Source: an uncultured Spirochaetota bacterium
GTDB taxonomy: Bacteria; Spirochaetota; Spirochaetia; SZUA-6; Fen-1364
Length of the DNA: 64,000 nucleotides
Direction: 5' to 3'
NCBI GenBank assembly: GCA_963845535.1
Contig: CAWJSK010000001.1
Coordinates: 192,001-256,000, forward strand
Below, piece after piece: positions 1 to 8,376 of this stretch. The number at the start of each line of letters is the position of its first letter. Position 1 is the stretch's first letter. Made by a program: the position numbers and the translations under genes. The notes beneath the pieces were generated by a model. It ran no database searches and had not been told where the DNA came from. It was given only the letters and a program-made list of their open reading frames with translations.

Positions 1-462
1 CCAATGGAGGATGCATGGGTCGGGCCGCATGACCCACGGCGCGTCGTCTGCGTGAAGATAGACCGGCACGCCGCCGAATCTACGGCTCCATTCCACGACG
101 GAAGAGTAGTAGTGGGGGTGCGAGACGGCAATGGCCGAAAGCCCGCCGCGGGAGCGCACCCACTGCACCGTCTCCTCATCAACGTAGGAGATGCAGTCCC
201 ACAGGATGTTGCCTGCAGGGCTTTCAAGGAGCATGGCACGCTGGCCTATCGCGAAAGTCGGCTCCGTGGAAATACCCGACATGCCGGGCTCGATGGGGCG
301 AACCACGTTGCGGCTCGTGGAGGCCAGCGCGGCCAGGCTGGTCCATTCCTGGCCGTTGGGTCCGACATACTGCCGAGGGTCCTGGCAGATCGGGCACCCG
401 TCCGGCGGCGCCGCGCTTTCAGCGAACTGCACTCCGCAGCGCACGCAGATGAAGTTCGTCAT
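1..462 (-). CDS. MBL-fold metallo-hydrolase with N-terminal Zn-ribbon (YmaE-like), 3' end runs off the window
   Basis: Not in the ORF track. Manual translation from ATG at 462: MTNFICVRCGVQF...CPICQDPRQYVG...FAIGQRA...NILWDC...IAVSHPHYY, with CxxC...CxxC and the MBL-like SHPHYY motif. Confidence 0.85.
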   Translation of the reverse strand, partial: MTNFICVRCGVQFAESAAPPDGCPICQDPRQYVGPNGQEWTSLAALASTSRNVVRPIEPGMSGISTEPTFAIGQRAMLLESPAGNILWDCISYVDEETVQWVRSRGGLSAIAVSHPHYYSSVVEWSRRFGGVPVYLHADDAPWVMRPDPCILHW

Positions 463-560
463 GAAAGGAAGCTACTCCTGCCGGCGGGCGGCGGCAACTG
501 CAAGGGCGAACCCCTGCTGTCGCCTTCCCTAAGGCGCGTATTTTGGCTACACCAGAAGCG

Positions 561-953
561 ATGAGCCAGCAGATCGCTCAAGCAGCTCTCGTGGTCCGCG
601 ACTACGACGAAGCAATTGACTTCTACACGCGCTGCGTGGGCTTCGAGCTCATCGAGGATGCGCAGTTGGAGGGGGGAAAGCGCTGGGTCGTGGTGGCCCC
701 GCGCGGGTCCACGGCCCGGCTCCTCCTGGCGAAGGCGTCTTCGGCGTCCCAGGTGGGCAGGATAGGGGACCAGGCAGGCGGCCGGGTGATTCTGTTCCTG
801 GAGACCGACGACTTTTGGAGGGACTACAGAGACATGAAGTCCCGCGGGGTGGAGTTCCTGGAAGAGCCGCGGGAAGAGCCTTACGGCGTGGTTGCCGTGT
901 TCAAGGACCTTTACGGGAACAGGTGGGACCTGCTGGAGCCGCGCAGGGCGTGA
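561..953 (+). CDS. VOC/glyoxalase/bleomycin-resistance family protein
   Basis: ALVVRDYDEAIDFY...GF, RWVVV and PREEPYGVVAVFKDLYGNRWDL are typical VOC motifs. ATG at 561. Confidence 0.92.
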   Translation: MSQQIAQAALVVRDYDEAIDFYTRCVGFELIEDAQLEGGKRWVVVAPRGSTARLLLAKASSASQVGRIGDQAGGRVILFLETDDFWRDYRDMKSRGVEFLEEPREEPYGVVAVFKDLYGNRWDLLEPRRA

Positions 954-980
954 GGACGGGTCCAACCGAGATTCCTGGGG

Positions 981-1011
981 GAAGCCGAGGTTGCCGCGGG
1001 CAACCGGTTTC
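981..1011 (+). terminator. Possible hairpin/terminator after the VOC gene
   Basis: Perfect stem GGTTGCC-gcg-GGCAACC (989-1005), followed only by a short T run. Confidence 0.35.
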
Positions 1012-1043
1012 GCTGCGGCTGAATCCGTTGTATCCTGACAGCC

Positions 1044-2547
1044 ATGAAAGTGAGGTCGATTGCCCGGCTTTCGAGCCCGCGGTCCGTTCCTGAGAAGATC
1101 ATCGAAGCAGCCGACAAGCCGCTCCTGGCGCTTGCCGTGGTGGCCGTGGGGCTGTACCTGCTGGAGCTGCGTGGGCTCCTTGCCCAGAGCGGGCCGGCCA
1201 GGGTTGTCTCTTTATCTCTCGACGCCCTTTTCATTGTTGATTTTCTGCTGAAGCTCATCTTCTTGCGCGGGAGGTACCTGCGCTCGGCGTGGGTCGCAAC
1301 GGACTTCCTGAGCTGCCTGCCGGGGCTCGTGCTCTTCATGAACATGCCGTGGCTCCAGGCAGTGCAGCTTGCGCGGATGTTCCGGGTCCTGCGGGTGCTT
1401 CGGAGCATTCGGTTGCTTCGGTCTTTGCAGTTCCTGCCGGCTCTGGCCCAGGCGGCGGCGGAGCAGGACGAGGAAGGCCGGCGCTTCCGGATCGAAATGA
1501 ACGCGGGGGTCGCTCTCTATGCCTGCGCGTTCCTAGGGGTGCTGGCCTGGATGCACGCGAGCTTTGCAGCGCAGACTGTGGCGCTCCGGGAAGCGGAGTT
1601 CTTCCTGGTGCTGGGAGCGCTGCTGGCAACGGCGCTGTTCCTGTTCCTCATTCACAGCGAGGTCCGTGAATCATCGTGGAAGCAGTTGAAGACGCTCCTC
1701 AACATCGCCTTGCCGCGGCAGGTGGCTGAGCACTTCCTCCATCATCCGGGGGCCTACCACGAGCGGCAGAGGGCTTCCGTCAACCACGATTTTCATAGAC
1801 TTTGTCGGGTTCTCCCAGACCGCGGAGAAGCTCCGGTCCGACGTGCAGGCCCTTGCGCGTCACCTGGAAAGGGCCATGGACGTGGTGGTCGAACGCCTTC
1901 TTGCCCATGACCTCATCATCGACAAGTTCATCGGAGACGCGGTCATGGCTTTCCGCGGTGGACCGCTCGTGTCGGGGGATGCCTCGGACCATGCGCGCGC
2001 AGTGGTGCGCGGTGCGCTGGAAGCCGCCAAGGCTTTGGTCGAAATGGCTGATCCGTATTTCGCGAAGGTGAAGATCGGCGCCGCCTCGGACGAATGCCTC
2101 ATCGGGGTGTTCGGCACGAGCAAGCGCCTCACCTATACGGCGCTCGGAGATGGAGTCAACCTCGCCGCGCGCCTGGAGCCCGCGAGCGCCCAGTGCGGCA
2201 CCCAGGCGCTTTTCTGCGACGAGACCCACCGGCTCTGCGGTGAGATGCCCGGGATAGCATGGCGGCGCTGGGGGACCGTCCGGGTCAAGGGGAAAGCCGA
2301 GCCGCAGGTGGTCTGGGAAGCGATGGACCTTTCCCGTACGCCCGACCTGTCGTTCCTCGAGGCATACCAGAGAGCCCGCGCCGTATTCGAAACCGAAGGG
2401 CCCGCGGCGGCGCGGCCGCTTTTTGCCCGTGCCAACGAGGCCCGGCCCGGCGGAGACCTGCCCAGCCAGGTCCACATGAAGTGGTGCGAGGAGCTTGCCC
2501 GTAACTGCGAGGAAGCCCCGGACACGGCCCTGTCGGTGACGAAATGA
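1044..2547 (+). CDS. Voltage-sensor (ion-transport S1-S4) domain + class III adenylate cyclase, one frameshift at ~1782
   Basis: First ORF: S2 LFIVDFLLK, S3 WVATDFLSCLP, S4 RMFRVLRVLRSIRLLR, two more TM helices, then LLNIALPRQVA. Removing one A at 1782-1783 joins it to TTIFIDFVGFS...DKFIGDAVMAF...YTALGDGVNLAARLE...VRVKGKAEP. Confidence 0.85.
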
Positions 2548-4712
2548 ACGCGGCGGCGACCCTGGATGACCGCCTCGAACGCCTGGCGCACGTGGCGGGG
2601 ACGGATGAGGGCTTCTATGTCCTGGCGCTGCATTCTTTCATCGAAGCCTATATCTGCGACGAAGTGCCGTCGATCAGGGGAATCGAGCGCTTCGCGGACC
2701 GGCTGCGGGCGTTCGCAGAGCACCATGCGGCTCGTGGCGCGCCTCCGGAAAGTCTTGCCGCCATCTCCCGCATCATCCAGGAGCACGCCATCACCAACCG
2801 GGTGCGCCACTCGTTCACGCGGCTGGACAGGGAAGAAGCGCTTGCCGCCACGCACAATTTCCTGCAGTTCTGCGCCTTGTGCGGAATCACCTCGAAAGCG
2901 CTCGGGAAACTTTCCAAGCTGCTCTCCCTCTGGGCGGAGAAACGCCCGCCGCTTACCGAGGGGGAGGAGCTGCGGCGGATCCAGGCGGACCTTCGCGCCG
3001 CGCGCCTGGATTCCGCAAAGCTGCTTGCCCAGACCGAAGCGTGGACCAATGACAAGCTTCGGCTCGCTGAGCTGGAGGGTGAGACGCTCCGCCTCTCCGC
3101 CGAGCTTTCCCGTGAACGCTCGCGCACGGATTCCCACGCGGAGAGGCTGGATCAGCTTCACAAGGACCTGGAGCACCTTGCGGATCAAAAGCGGCAGCTC
3201 GGCGAGCAGCTCGGCGCCTACCGTGACCTCGACCTGTACGTCGACCTCGTGAGCCGCTTCTCCCTGTACACGCGCACGCGCATGGACTACGAACGGAGCG
3301 TGATGAAGCTCACCCCCGAGCAGTCAGAGGCCGTGGAAGGCCTCAGGCCGGGGTTCGATTTCCTTGTTCGGGGCGGCGCGGGGACGGGGAAAACGATCGT
3401 CCTTCTCCACGCGCTGGAAAAAGTCAGGCGGGCCAGGGAGGCGGAGCTGGACCTCAAGCCGGGGATGCGCATCCTCTTCCTCACGTACACCAACACACTC
3501 GTGAAGTATGACCGCTACGTGGCGGAGATCCTCAAGGAAAAGGATGCGGATGACCTCATCATCACGGCGGACAGCTTCTTTCTCGGGCGGCTTCGCCTTC
3601 TCGGTCAGAGGCAGCGGGTGGACTACTCCATCCATCTCAAGCTCGCGGAGAAGCTCAACTCCACGGGCTTCTTCTCCGCTTCGGAGCTGGCCCTTGAGCT
3701 GGAAGAGCTCATCTTCGGCAACGTCGTGACGCGGCGCGAGTATGTGGAGGAGATGCTCCCCCGCAAGGGCATGCGCCAGCCGCTCACCGCCGGACAGCGC
3801 GAAGCGGTCTGGCGGATCCGGGACGCAATGGCGCAGGCAATGGATCATGACGGCGTGCTCAGCAAGAACTACTCTCGCATCAAGCTCATCGAGTTCCTGG
3901 AAAGCCATCCGGATGACACGCGCTTGAAGGACCTGGACTTCGCGTTCGTCGACGAATCCCAGGACCTGAGCGCGGCGGACCTCAAGGCATTGAAGCTCAT
4001 GACCCGGCGCGGCCTGGTGATGGCAGGGGACACGGGTCAGAGCATTTACGGGATCAGCTCCCCGTACAAGCGGGCGGGCGTGGACATCACCGGCAGGTCC
4101 CGGGTCCTCCACACGAGCTTCCGCAATACGGTCCCGATTCATGAGATCACGGAAGCCTACCGGAAGCTCTCCGGTCTGGATGACGACGAGGCGGGAAGCA
4201 CGGTCGCCTTCCGCGAAGGACCTCCCCCGGAGCTCTACACGGCGCCCGACCGGCAGGACCTCATGCGGCTGCTGCTTCGCAAGGCTTCGCTTTTCATCGA
4301 AAGGCTCGGGTATGACCCGGAAAATGTCGCGGTGCTTGCGCCGACAAAGACCGATCTGGCCGCCATTGGCGACATGCTCGGACACGCTGGTTACCAGCAC
4401 GCCAATATCCGCGACGAGGATTTCTCCTTCAAGCGTGAAAAAATCATCAGGCTCACCAGCCTGCACTCGAGCAAGGGTCTGGATTTCCCGGTGGTCCTGC
4501 TTTTCCTTCCCGCGTTGCCGCCGCGCACCGACTACGAGGGCAAGGAGGGGGAGCGGCTCGTTCGAAACCTCATCTACGTCGCCATGAGCCGCGCCATGGA
4601 CAACCTGAACGTGTTCACGCTGGAAGGGGCTCATGACGGCCAGGGGGAGGAGCCGCTTCAGGACCTCGTGACCGTCTTCAGGCAGTACCAGCGAGAGATC
4701 GCGCCCACCTGA
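2544..4712 (+). CDS. SF1 (UvrD-like) helicase with N-terminal helical domain and coiled coil
   Basis: LTPEQ (Q motif), GGAGTGKT, FLTYTN, FVDESQD, AGDTGQSIY, SFRNT, HSSKGLDF, RNLIYVAMSRA. ATGA overlap with the cyclase stop. Confidence 0.88.
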   Translation: MNAAATLDDRLERLAHVAGTDEGFYVLALHSFIEAYICDEVPSIRGIERFADRLRAFAEHHAARGAPPESLAAISRIIQEHAITNRVRHSFTRLDREEALAATHNFLQFCALCGITSKALGKLSKLLSLWAEKRPPLTEGEELRRIQADLRAARLDSAKLLAQTEAWTNDKLRLAELEGETLRLSAELSRERSRTDSHAERLDQLHKDLEHLADQKRQLGEQLGAYRDLDLYVDLVSRFSLYTRTRMDYERSVMKLTPEQSEAVEGLRPGFDFLVRGGAGTGKTIVLLHALEKVRRAREAELDLKPGMRILFLTYTNTLVKYDRYVAEILKEKDADDLIITADSFFLGRLRLLGQRQRVDYSIHLKLAEKLNSTGFFSASELALELEELIFGNVVTRREYVEEMLPRKGMRQPLTAGQREAVWRIRDAMAQAMDHDGVLSKNYSRIKLIEFLESHPDDTRLKDLDFAFVDESQDLSAADLKALKLMTRRGLVMAGDTGQSIYGISSPYKRAGVDITGRSRVLHTSFRNTVPIHEITEAYRKLSGLDDDEAGSTVAFREGPPPELYTAPDRQDLMRLLLRKASLFIERLGYDPENVAVLAPTKTDLAAIGDMLGHAGYQHANIRDEDFSFKREKIIRLTSLHSSKGLDFPVVLLFLPALPPRTDYEGKEGERLVRNLIYVAMSRAMDNLNVFTLEGAHDGQGEEPLQDLVTVFRQYQREIAPT

Positions 4713-6174
4713 GGACCCCCGCCATCGCCTCAAGGTCTTCCTCGTTGTACTTCAAAATCTCCGCCATGATTCCTGACCTCTCAGCCGCGTCGGCGCTCTC
4801 AGAGGCGCGGAGGTAGCGCGCAATGGACCAGTCCCCGCCGTATTCTTCCATGGTTCTTTTGTAGCCGCTCAGCCGCTCCAGTACTTTCAGCCCGTAACTC
4901 GGGACGGGAAGGGCAAGAGCATCCCGCACGGCCTTGAGCAGGTCGAAGCAGCTCTCGATCACCTGTCCTGCAACCCCCGCAGGATCACCAAACCGTTCGA
5001 TATAGGACTTGATCTTCACCTTCTCATAGTCCGCCCAGTGGACGAAAGGGATGCGGCCGTGCTCCTGAAAGACACGCGCGGCATGGTCGAGGAATTGTCT
5101 CCACGCCTCCTGGTCCCCACCCTGGTCAAAGCCCGCAACCGCCGCGTGGTACGGACCCCGCGGCCCTTCTTCTCCATACACTCGCATGCCCCAGAGGTAC
5201 ACAGCGTCCAGCTCGTCGTTCTGCGGCGGCATACCCTCCAGGTCGAGCATGACGGCCGGCCCGGACGGCAGCTCGAGCCTGCCGAGTCGGATGACGCTGT
5301 TTGTAGCAAGCGCACGGGCCTGGGCGATGATCCGGGGGGCAGCCGCGCCCACCCTGGCCCTTCCCTTGGCGCGCGTCAGTCGCGCAAGCTTCTCTGCGTC
5401 CAACTTTTCCAGAAGCGCGTCGTAGGTGCTTATCCCCCTGTCTCGAAGGGCCCGCGCGGTTGCCTGGTCGACGCCATACACCACGGAAACGTCATGGTCA
5501 TCCGCTGCCCGTGACCAGCACCTGTCCTGGAAAGGACACCCCCCGCATTTGGACCATCCCACGGGCTCCCAGGGTTCATCGGGGAGGAGCAACAGGTCCC
5601 GGAGCCTGCCTAACTCCTCTTCCGCTCGGGCTGAGCCGGCATACGGGATGGTTTCCACGGTGTGGTTGCCCAGGTATGCCTCAAGGGCGGAGGGAAGCAG
5701 ATTGAAGGTTTTCTCGAAGAGCCAGCCGTAGGTCTGGAGCTGACGGACGATTTCGGGGTGCCTGTCCCCGCGCATGCTGCGGGAGAGCTTGCAGTCCCGT
5801 ATCCGATAAGAGTCTTCATTTCGGATCATGAAATCGGGAATCCCGGTAACGACGTCCCGCGAGCCGGCGAGCGCGGCGCGAAGCACTCCCTGGTAGATGA
5901 CGGGCGCGCCGCTCCGCACGGCTTCCCGTGTGCGCTCCGCGCGGTCGGTGAGGCTGCCCTCAGCCAGGTTCCGCGCCACGGCAAATGTGGCGAGATGCTC
6001 CTTTTCGTGGCGCTCCCCCAGCTCGCGCAAGATGAGCTCGATGACGGAAGGCTCCCCCGTGGGCTCTCCATGCGCCAGCAGATACACCCGGCGCGTGCAC
6101 GTGCTCGGGCGGTAGAGTGCGGAGAAGCCGGATGCAGCCAGGGAGAGGCCTCGCGCGGCGTTCCTGTCGCTCAT
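4678..6174 (-). CDS. TM0106-family RecB-like nuclease with C-terminal RNase H-like domain
   Basis: GIPDF...IRDCK...QLQTY (PD-(D/E)xK), cysteine cluster KCGGCPFQDRC, HhH-like VYGVD, then LDLEG...HWADYE...FDL...SYGLK...YNEEDL. Confidence 0.85.
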   Translation of the reverse strand: MSDRNAARGLSLAASGFSALYRPSTCTRRVYLLAHGEPTGEPSVIELILRELGERHEKEHLATFAVARNLAEGSLTDRAERTREAVRSGAPVIYQGVLRAALAGSRDVVTGIPDFMIRNEDSYRIRDCKLSRSMRGDRHPEIVRQLQTYGWLFEKTFNLLPSALEAYLGNHTVETIPYAGSARAEEELGRLRDLLLLPDEPWEPVGWSKCGGCPFQDRCWSRAADDHDVSVVYGVDQATARALRDRGISTYDALLEKLDAEKLARLTRAKGRARVGAAAPRIIAQARALATNSVIRLGRLELPSGPAVMLDLEGMPPQNDELDAVYLWGMRVYGEEGPRGPYHAAVAGFDQGGDQEAWRQFLDHAARVFQEHGRIPFVHWADYEKVKIKSYIERFGDPAGVAGQVIESCFDLLKAVRDALALPVPSYGLKVLERLSGYKRTMEEYGGDWSIARYLRASESADAAERSGIMAEILKYNEEDLEAMAGVLRWARSLAGTA

Positions 6175-6198
6175 CGGCTACACAATATCACGGAGCGG

Positions 6199-6229
6199 GA
6201 AGGCAGTCTTGACAGAAGGCAGTCTTGAC
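6199..6229. repeat. 15-bp perfect direct repeat in a divergent intergenic region
   Basis: GAAGGCAGTCTTGAC at 6199-6213 and 6215-6229. Confidence 0.9.
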
Positions 6230-6317
6230 TCTCGACTCAACGCTTGAAAGGATGCCCCTGGAGACATCGGGCGATGACACGCCTGATCCGGGAGTTTCGA
6301 TGGTGGTGGAGTGACGC

Positions 6318-7193
6318 GTGACTGCGCTCATTGAACGGCTGTGCGGGATTTCGGACAGTGACGGTTGCTGGAACATTTCCGCTGAGGACGTGGCGGGGCT
6401 TCTTTCCGTTGAGCCCGTTTCCTTCTGGAGGGCCGTCCACGAAGTTCGGGACAGGATCAGCTTCTCCGAGGCCATCGACGGCTGGACGCAGGACACTGTG
6501 GGAGATCTCGTCACGGTATTGGAAAAGCTCAAGGGGAACACGGCCGAAGAGGTGATGACGCGCGCCGGCCTCTTCCTGCCGTACGCGCTGGGAATCGAGC
6601 TGATCGAGGAAGTGACGTTTCGAGCCCGCAGGACGGCGGCGGCTCACGAGGTCCAGTCCGAAGAGCTCGCCGCAATGCTGCGATACACCGGCAACGTCCG
6701 CTCGGCAATCGGAATCTATCTGGATGAGCACGTCGACATCGACGAGCTCCTCCAGCGCAGCGCGGAAGCGTTCCAGGTGCTTCATGGCCTGCCCCTCCGG
6801 GGGAAGGCAACGGCGCGGCGCTATGTGCTGGGAATGGTCGAGCGCCACGTGCTGGATCGCGCGAACCTGGTGGTGGGGCTGGTGGAAAGGCTGCGGCTCG
6901 CGGCCGCGCAACTGGGATACGTTGACCCGGAGGATCAGCCGCGCCCCGGGAAACGCGGCGCGAGGTCTGCGGGCACTGCGGGTCGGACCGCGCGCGCGCC
7001 GGACAAGCGCACATGGGCGCGCCAGGTGATGGGAGTAGACGGCAGGGATTACTCAGCCGAGGACTTGCGGCTTCTCTACAGGAAGCTCATGATGCGCCAC
7101 CACCCCGATGTCGATCCGAGGGGCCTTGAGAAATGCAAAGATGTGAACGCGGCGTATGCTTTTCTCATTTCAGATGTTACGGAGCAGGGCTGA
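6318..7193 (+). CDS. C-terminal J-domain (DnaJ-like) protein
   Basis: C-terminus DLRLLYRKLMMRHHPDVD...KDVNAAYAFL contains the HPD motif. GTG start with GGAG upstream. Confidence 0.8.
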   Translation: MTALIERLCGISDSDGCWNISAEDVAGLLSVEPVSFWRAVHEVRDRISFSEAIDGWTQDTVGDLVTVLEKLKGNTAEEVMTRAGLFLPYALGIELIEEVTFRARRTAAAHEVQSEELAAMLRYTGNVRSAIGIYLDEHVDIDELLQRSAEAFQVLHGLPLRGKATARRYVLGMVERHVLDRANLVVGLVERLRLAAAQLGYVDPEDQPRPGKRGARSAGTAGRTARAPDKRTWARQVMGVDGRDYSAEDLRLLYRKLMMRHHPDVDPRGLEKCKDVNAAYAFLISDVTEQG

Positions 7194-7488
7194 CGAGCGC
7201 CCTTTCTACGATTTCCCGGTTGACCTGGAAGTGGTTCCAGACCTTCGATGGCTTTCCGTTTGATAGCAGGATGAGCTGCGGAGATTCGTGCGTCACCTGG
7301 TAGGTGTCCGCAATCCAGTTGGAGATCTCCCGCTGCTCGCGGACGTTCACCCAGTAGATGGGGAGGTTCGTCTGGAGGGCTTCGACCTCCTTGGACGCCC
7401 TGGCGGACACACCGCAGGCCGTGGAATGCTTGAAGACAAGGCATTCCGCGGGCAGGGATTTTTCATTCAGCGGGATGATCGTGCTCAC
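7177..7488 (-). CDS. ytxJ: YtxJ/BrxC-like monothiol bacilliredoxin (thioredoxin fold)
   Basis: VFKHSTACGVS...QREISNWIA...VTHESPQLILL matches the YtxJ family. Confidence 0.8.
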   Translation of the reverse strand: MSTIIPLNEKSLPAECLVFKHSTACGVSARASKEVEALQTNLPIYWVNVREQREISNWIADTYQVTHESPQLILLSNGKPSKVWNHFQVNREIVERALVSPAP

Positions 7489-7536
7489 ATGCTCTCCGAT
7501 GGGAGGGAGGATACCTGCGGAATCCCCACGGCGTCA

Positions 7537-7587
7537 AGCTGAGCCGCATGAGCTGAGCCGCATGAGCCGCAAGCCGCACGGCTCAGC
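7537..7587. repeat. Short tandem/inverted repeat cluster
   Basis: AGCTGAGCCGCATG x2 (7537-7564), AGCCGCA x2, then CGGCTCAGC, the reverse complement of GCTGAGCCG. Confidence 0.8.
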
Positions 7588-8059
7588 CGTTGGCGGCAAA
7601 AGAAGCCTTCTGGCGGATGGCGCCCAGGTGGTAGGCCGCGTGCGCCAGCGCCCCCACGGCCCCGGCCATGGCTTCCTCACTTTCCATCGCATAGATCTCG
7701 ACCGCCCGGCGGATGTCCTTGTAGGCGGCGCGGAGGCGTTCTTTCGTTCGTTCCCAGGATGCGGCGTCCACGGCGCTCACGCTCCAGCTCTCATCCCATT
7801 TGCGCGTGGTACGGTTCCCTTCGATCCATCGCGCCGAGGCAAGGAGACCGAATATCACGTGGTTCACGTGGGCGGCAATGCTCGTCCTGCCCAAGATTCG
7901 GGAAGCCTCCTCTGCATCGAGCTTCTCCAGCGTGCCGAACATCCCGCCGTCGCTCCCCGTGTCGGTGAAATAGCTCCAGGTTTCCCGAGGGCCTTCGAAA
8001 GCCTCGGAGAGCACTCCCAACACCTGCTCCACCATTTCCCGCATCCCGATGACCGCCAT
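7583..8059 (-). CDS. DinB/YfiT-like protein
   Basis: ATG at 8059 with AGGAGG RBS. SIAAHVNHV and ALAHAAYHLGAIRQ form the DinB histidine triad. Confidence 0.8.
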   Translation of the reverse strand: MAVIGMREMVEQVLGVLSEAFEGPRETWSYFTDTGSDGGMFGTLEKLDAEEASRILGRTSIAAHVNHVIFGLLASARWIEGNRTTRKWDESWSVSAVDAASWERTKERLRAAYKDIRRAVEIYAMESEEAMAGAVGALAHAAYHLGAIRQKASFAANG

Positions 8060-8119
8060 ACGACCAGCCTCCTGTGCCGCTAAGAATGTATGCATGGACG
8101 GCACATGCGTCCAATTCGT

Positions 8120-8148
8120 TTGACTTTTCGCTGCGCCCCACGTATCAT
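8120..8148 (+). promoter_or_regulatory. Sigma70-type promoter of the RHH-cyclodeaminase-hutH unit
   Basis: TTGACT-N17-TATCAT. Confidence 0.6.
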
Positions 8149-8161
8149 GCCGGTCAGGAGT

Positions 8162-8338
8162 ATGAGGCAAGTAACGATTCGACTGGACCTGCGCGTCTCC
8201 GAGGAAATGAACGAGTTCCTCCAGAACGAGGCGCACTCCCGCAAGCTGAGCTTCGAGGGTCTCCTTCTCATGTTGATAGAAGAGCAGATGAAAAGAGTCA
8301 AACAGGAGAGCCAGAGGATCAGTCCCCCGAAACCGTAA
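8162..8338 (+). CDS. Small putative ribbon-helix-helix DNA-binding protein (58 aa)
   Basis: AGGAG RBS. MRQVTIRLDLRVSEEMNEFLQNEAHSRKLSFEGLLLMLIEEQM has a beta-strand followed by two helices. Confidence 0.6.
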   Translation: MRQVTIRLDLRVSEEMNEFLQNEAHSRKLSFEGLLLMLIEEQMKRVKQESQRISPPKP

Positions 8339-8376
8339 GCGCATTTTTTTCCCGCCGCCCGAAGGAAGGACCTTTC

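Noticed and set aside
1771..1790. Programmed ribosomal frameshift in the cyclase
   Set aside because: No slippery heptamer is present, and similar single-base insertions occur in unrelated genes, so an assembly error is more likely.
1784..2547. Cyclase as a Pycsar pyrimidine cyclase
   Set aside because: It has Lys (DKFIGD) and Thr (YTALGD) at the adenine-specifying positions, and there is no adjacent cNMP-binding effector.
4678..6174. Cas4/CRISPR association
   Set aside because: The Cys cluster and RecB motifs are Cas4-like, but the gene has TM0106 architecture and there are no cas genes or repeat-spacer array in the window.
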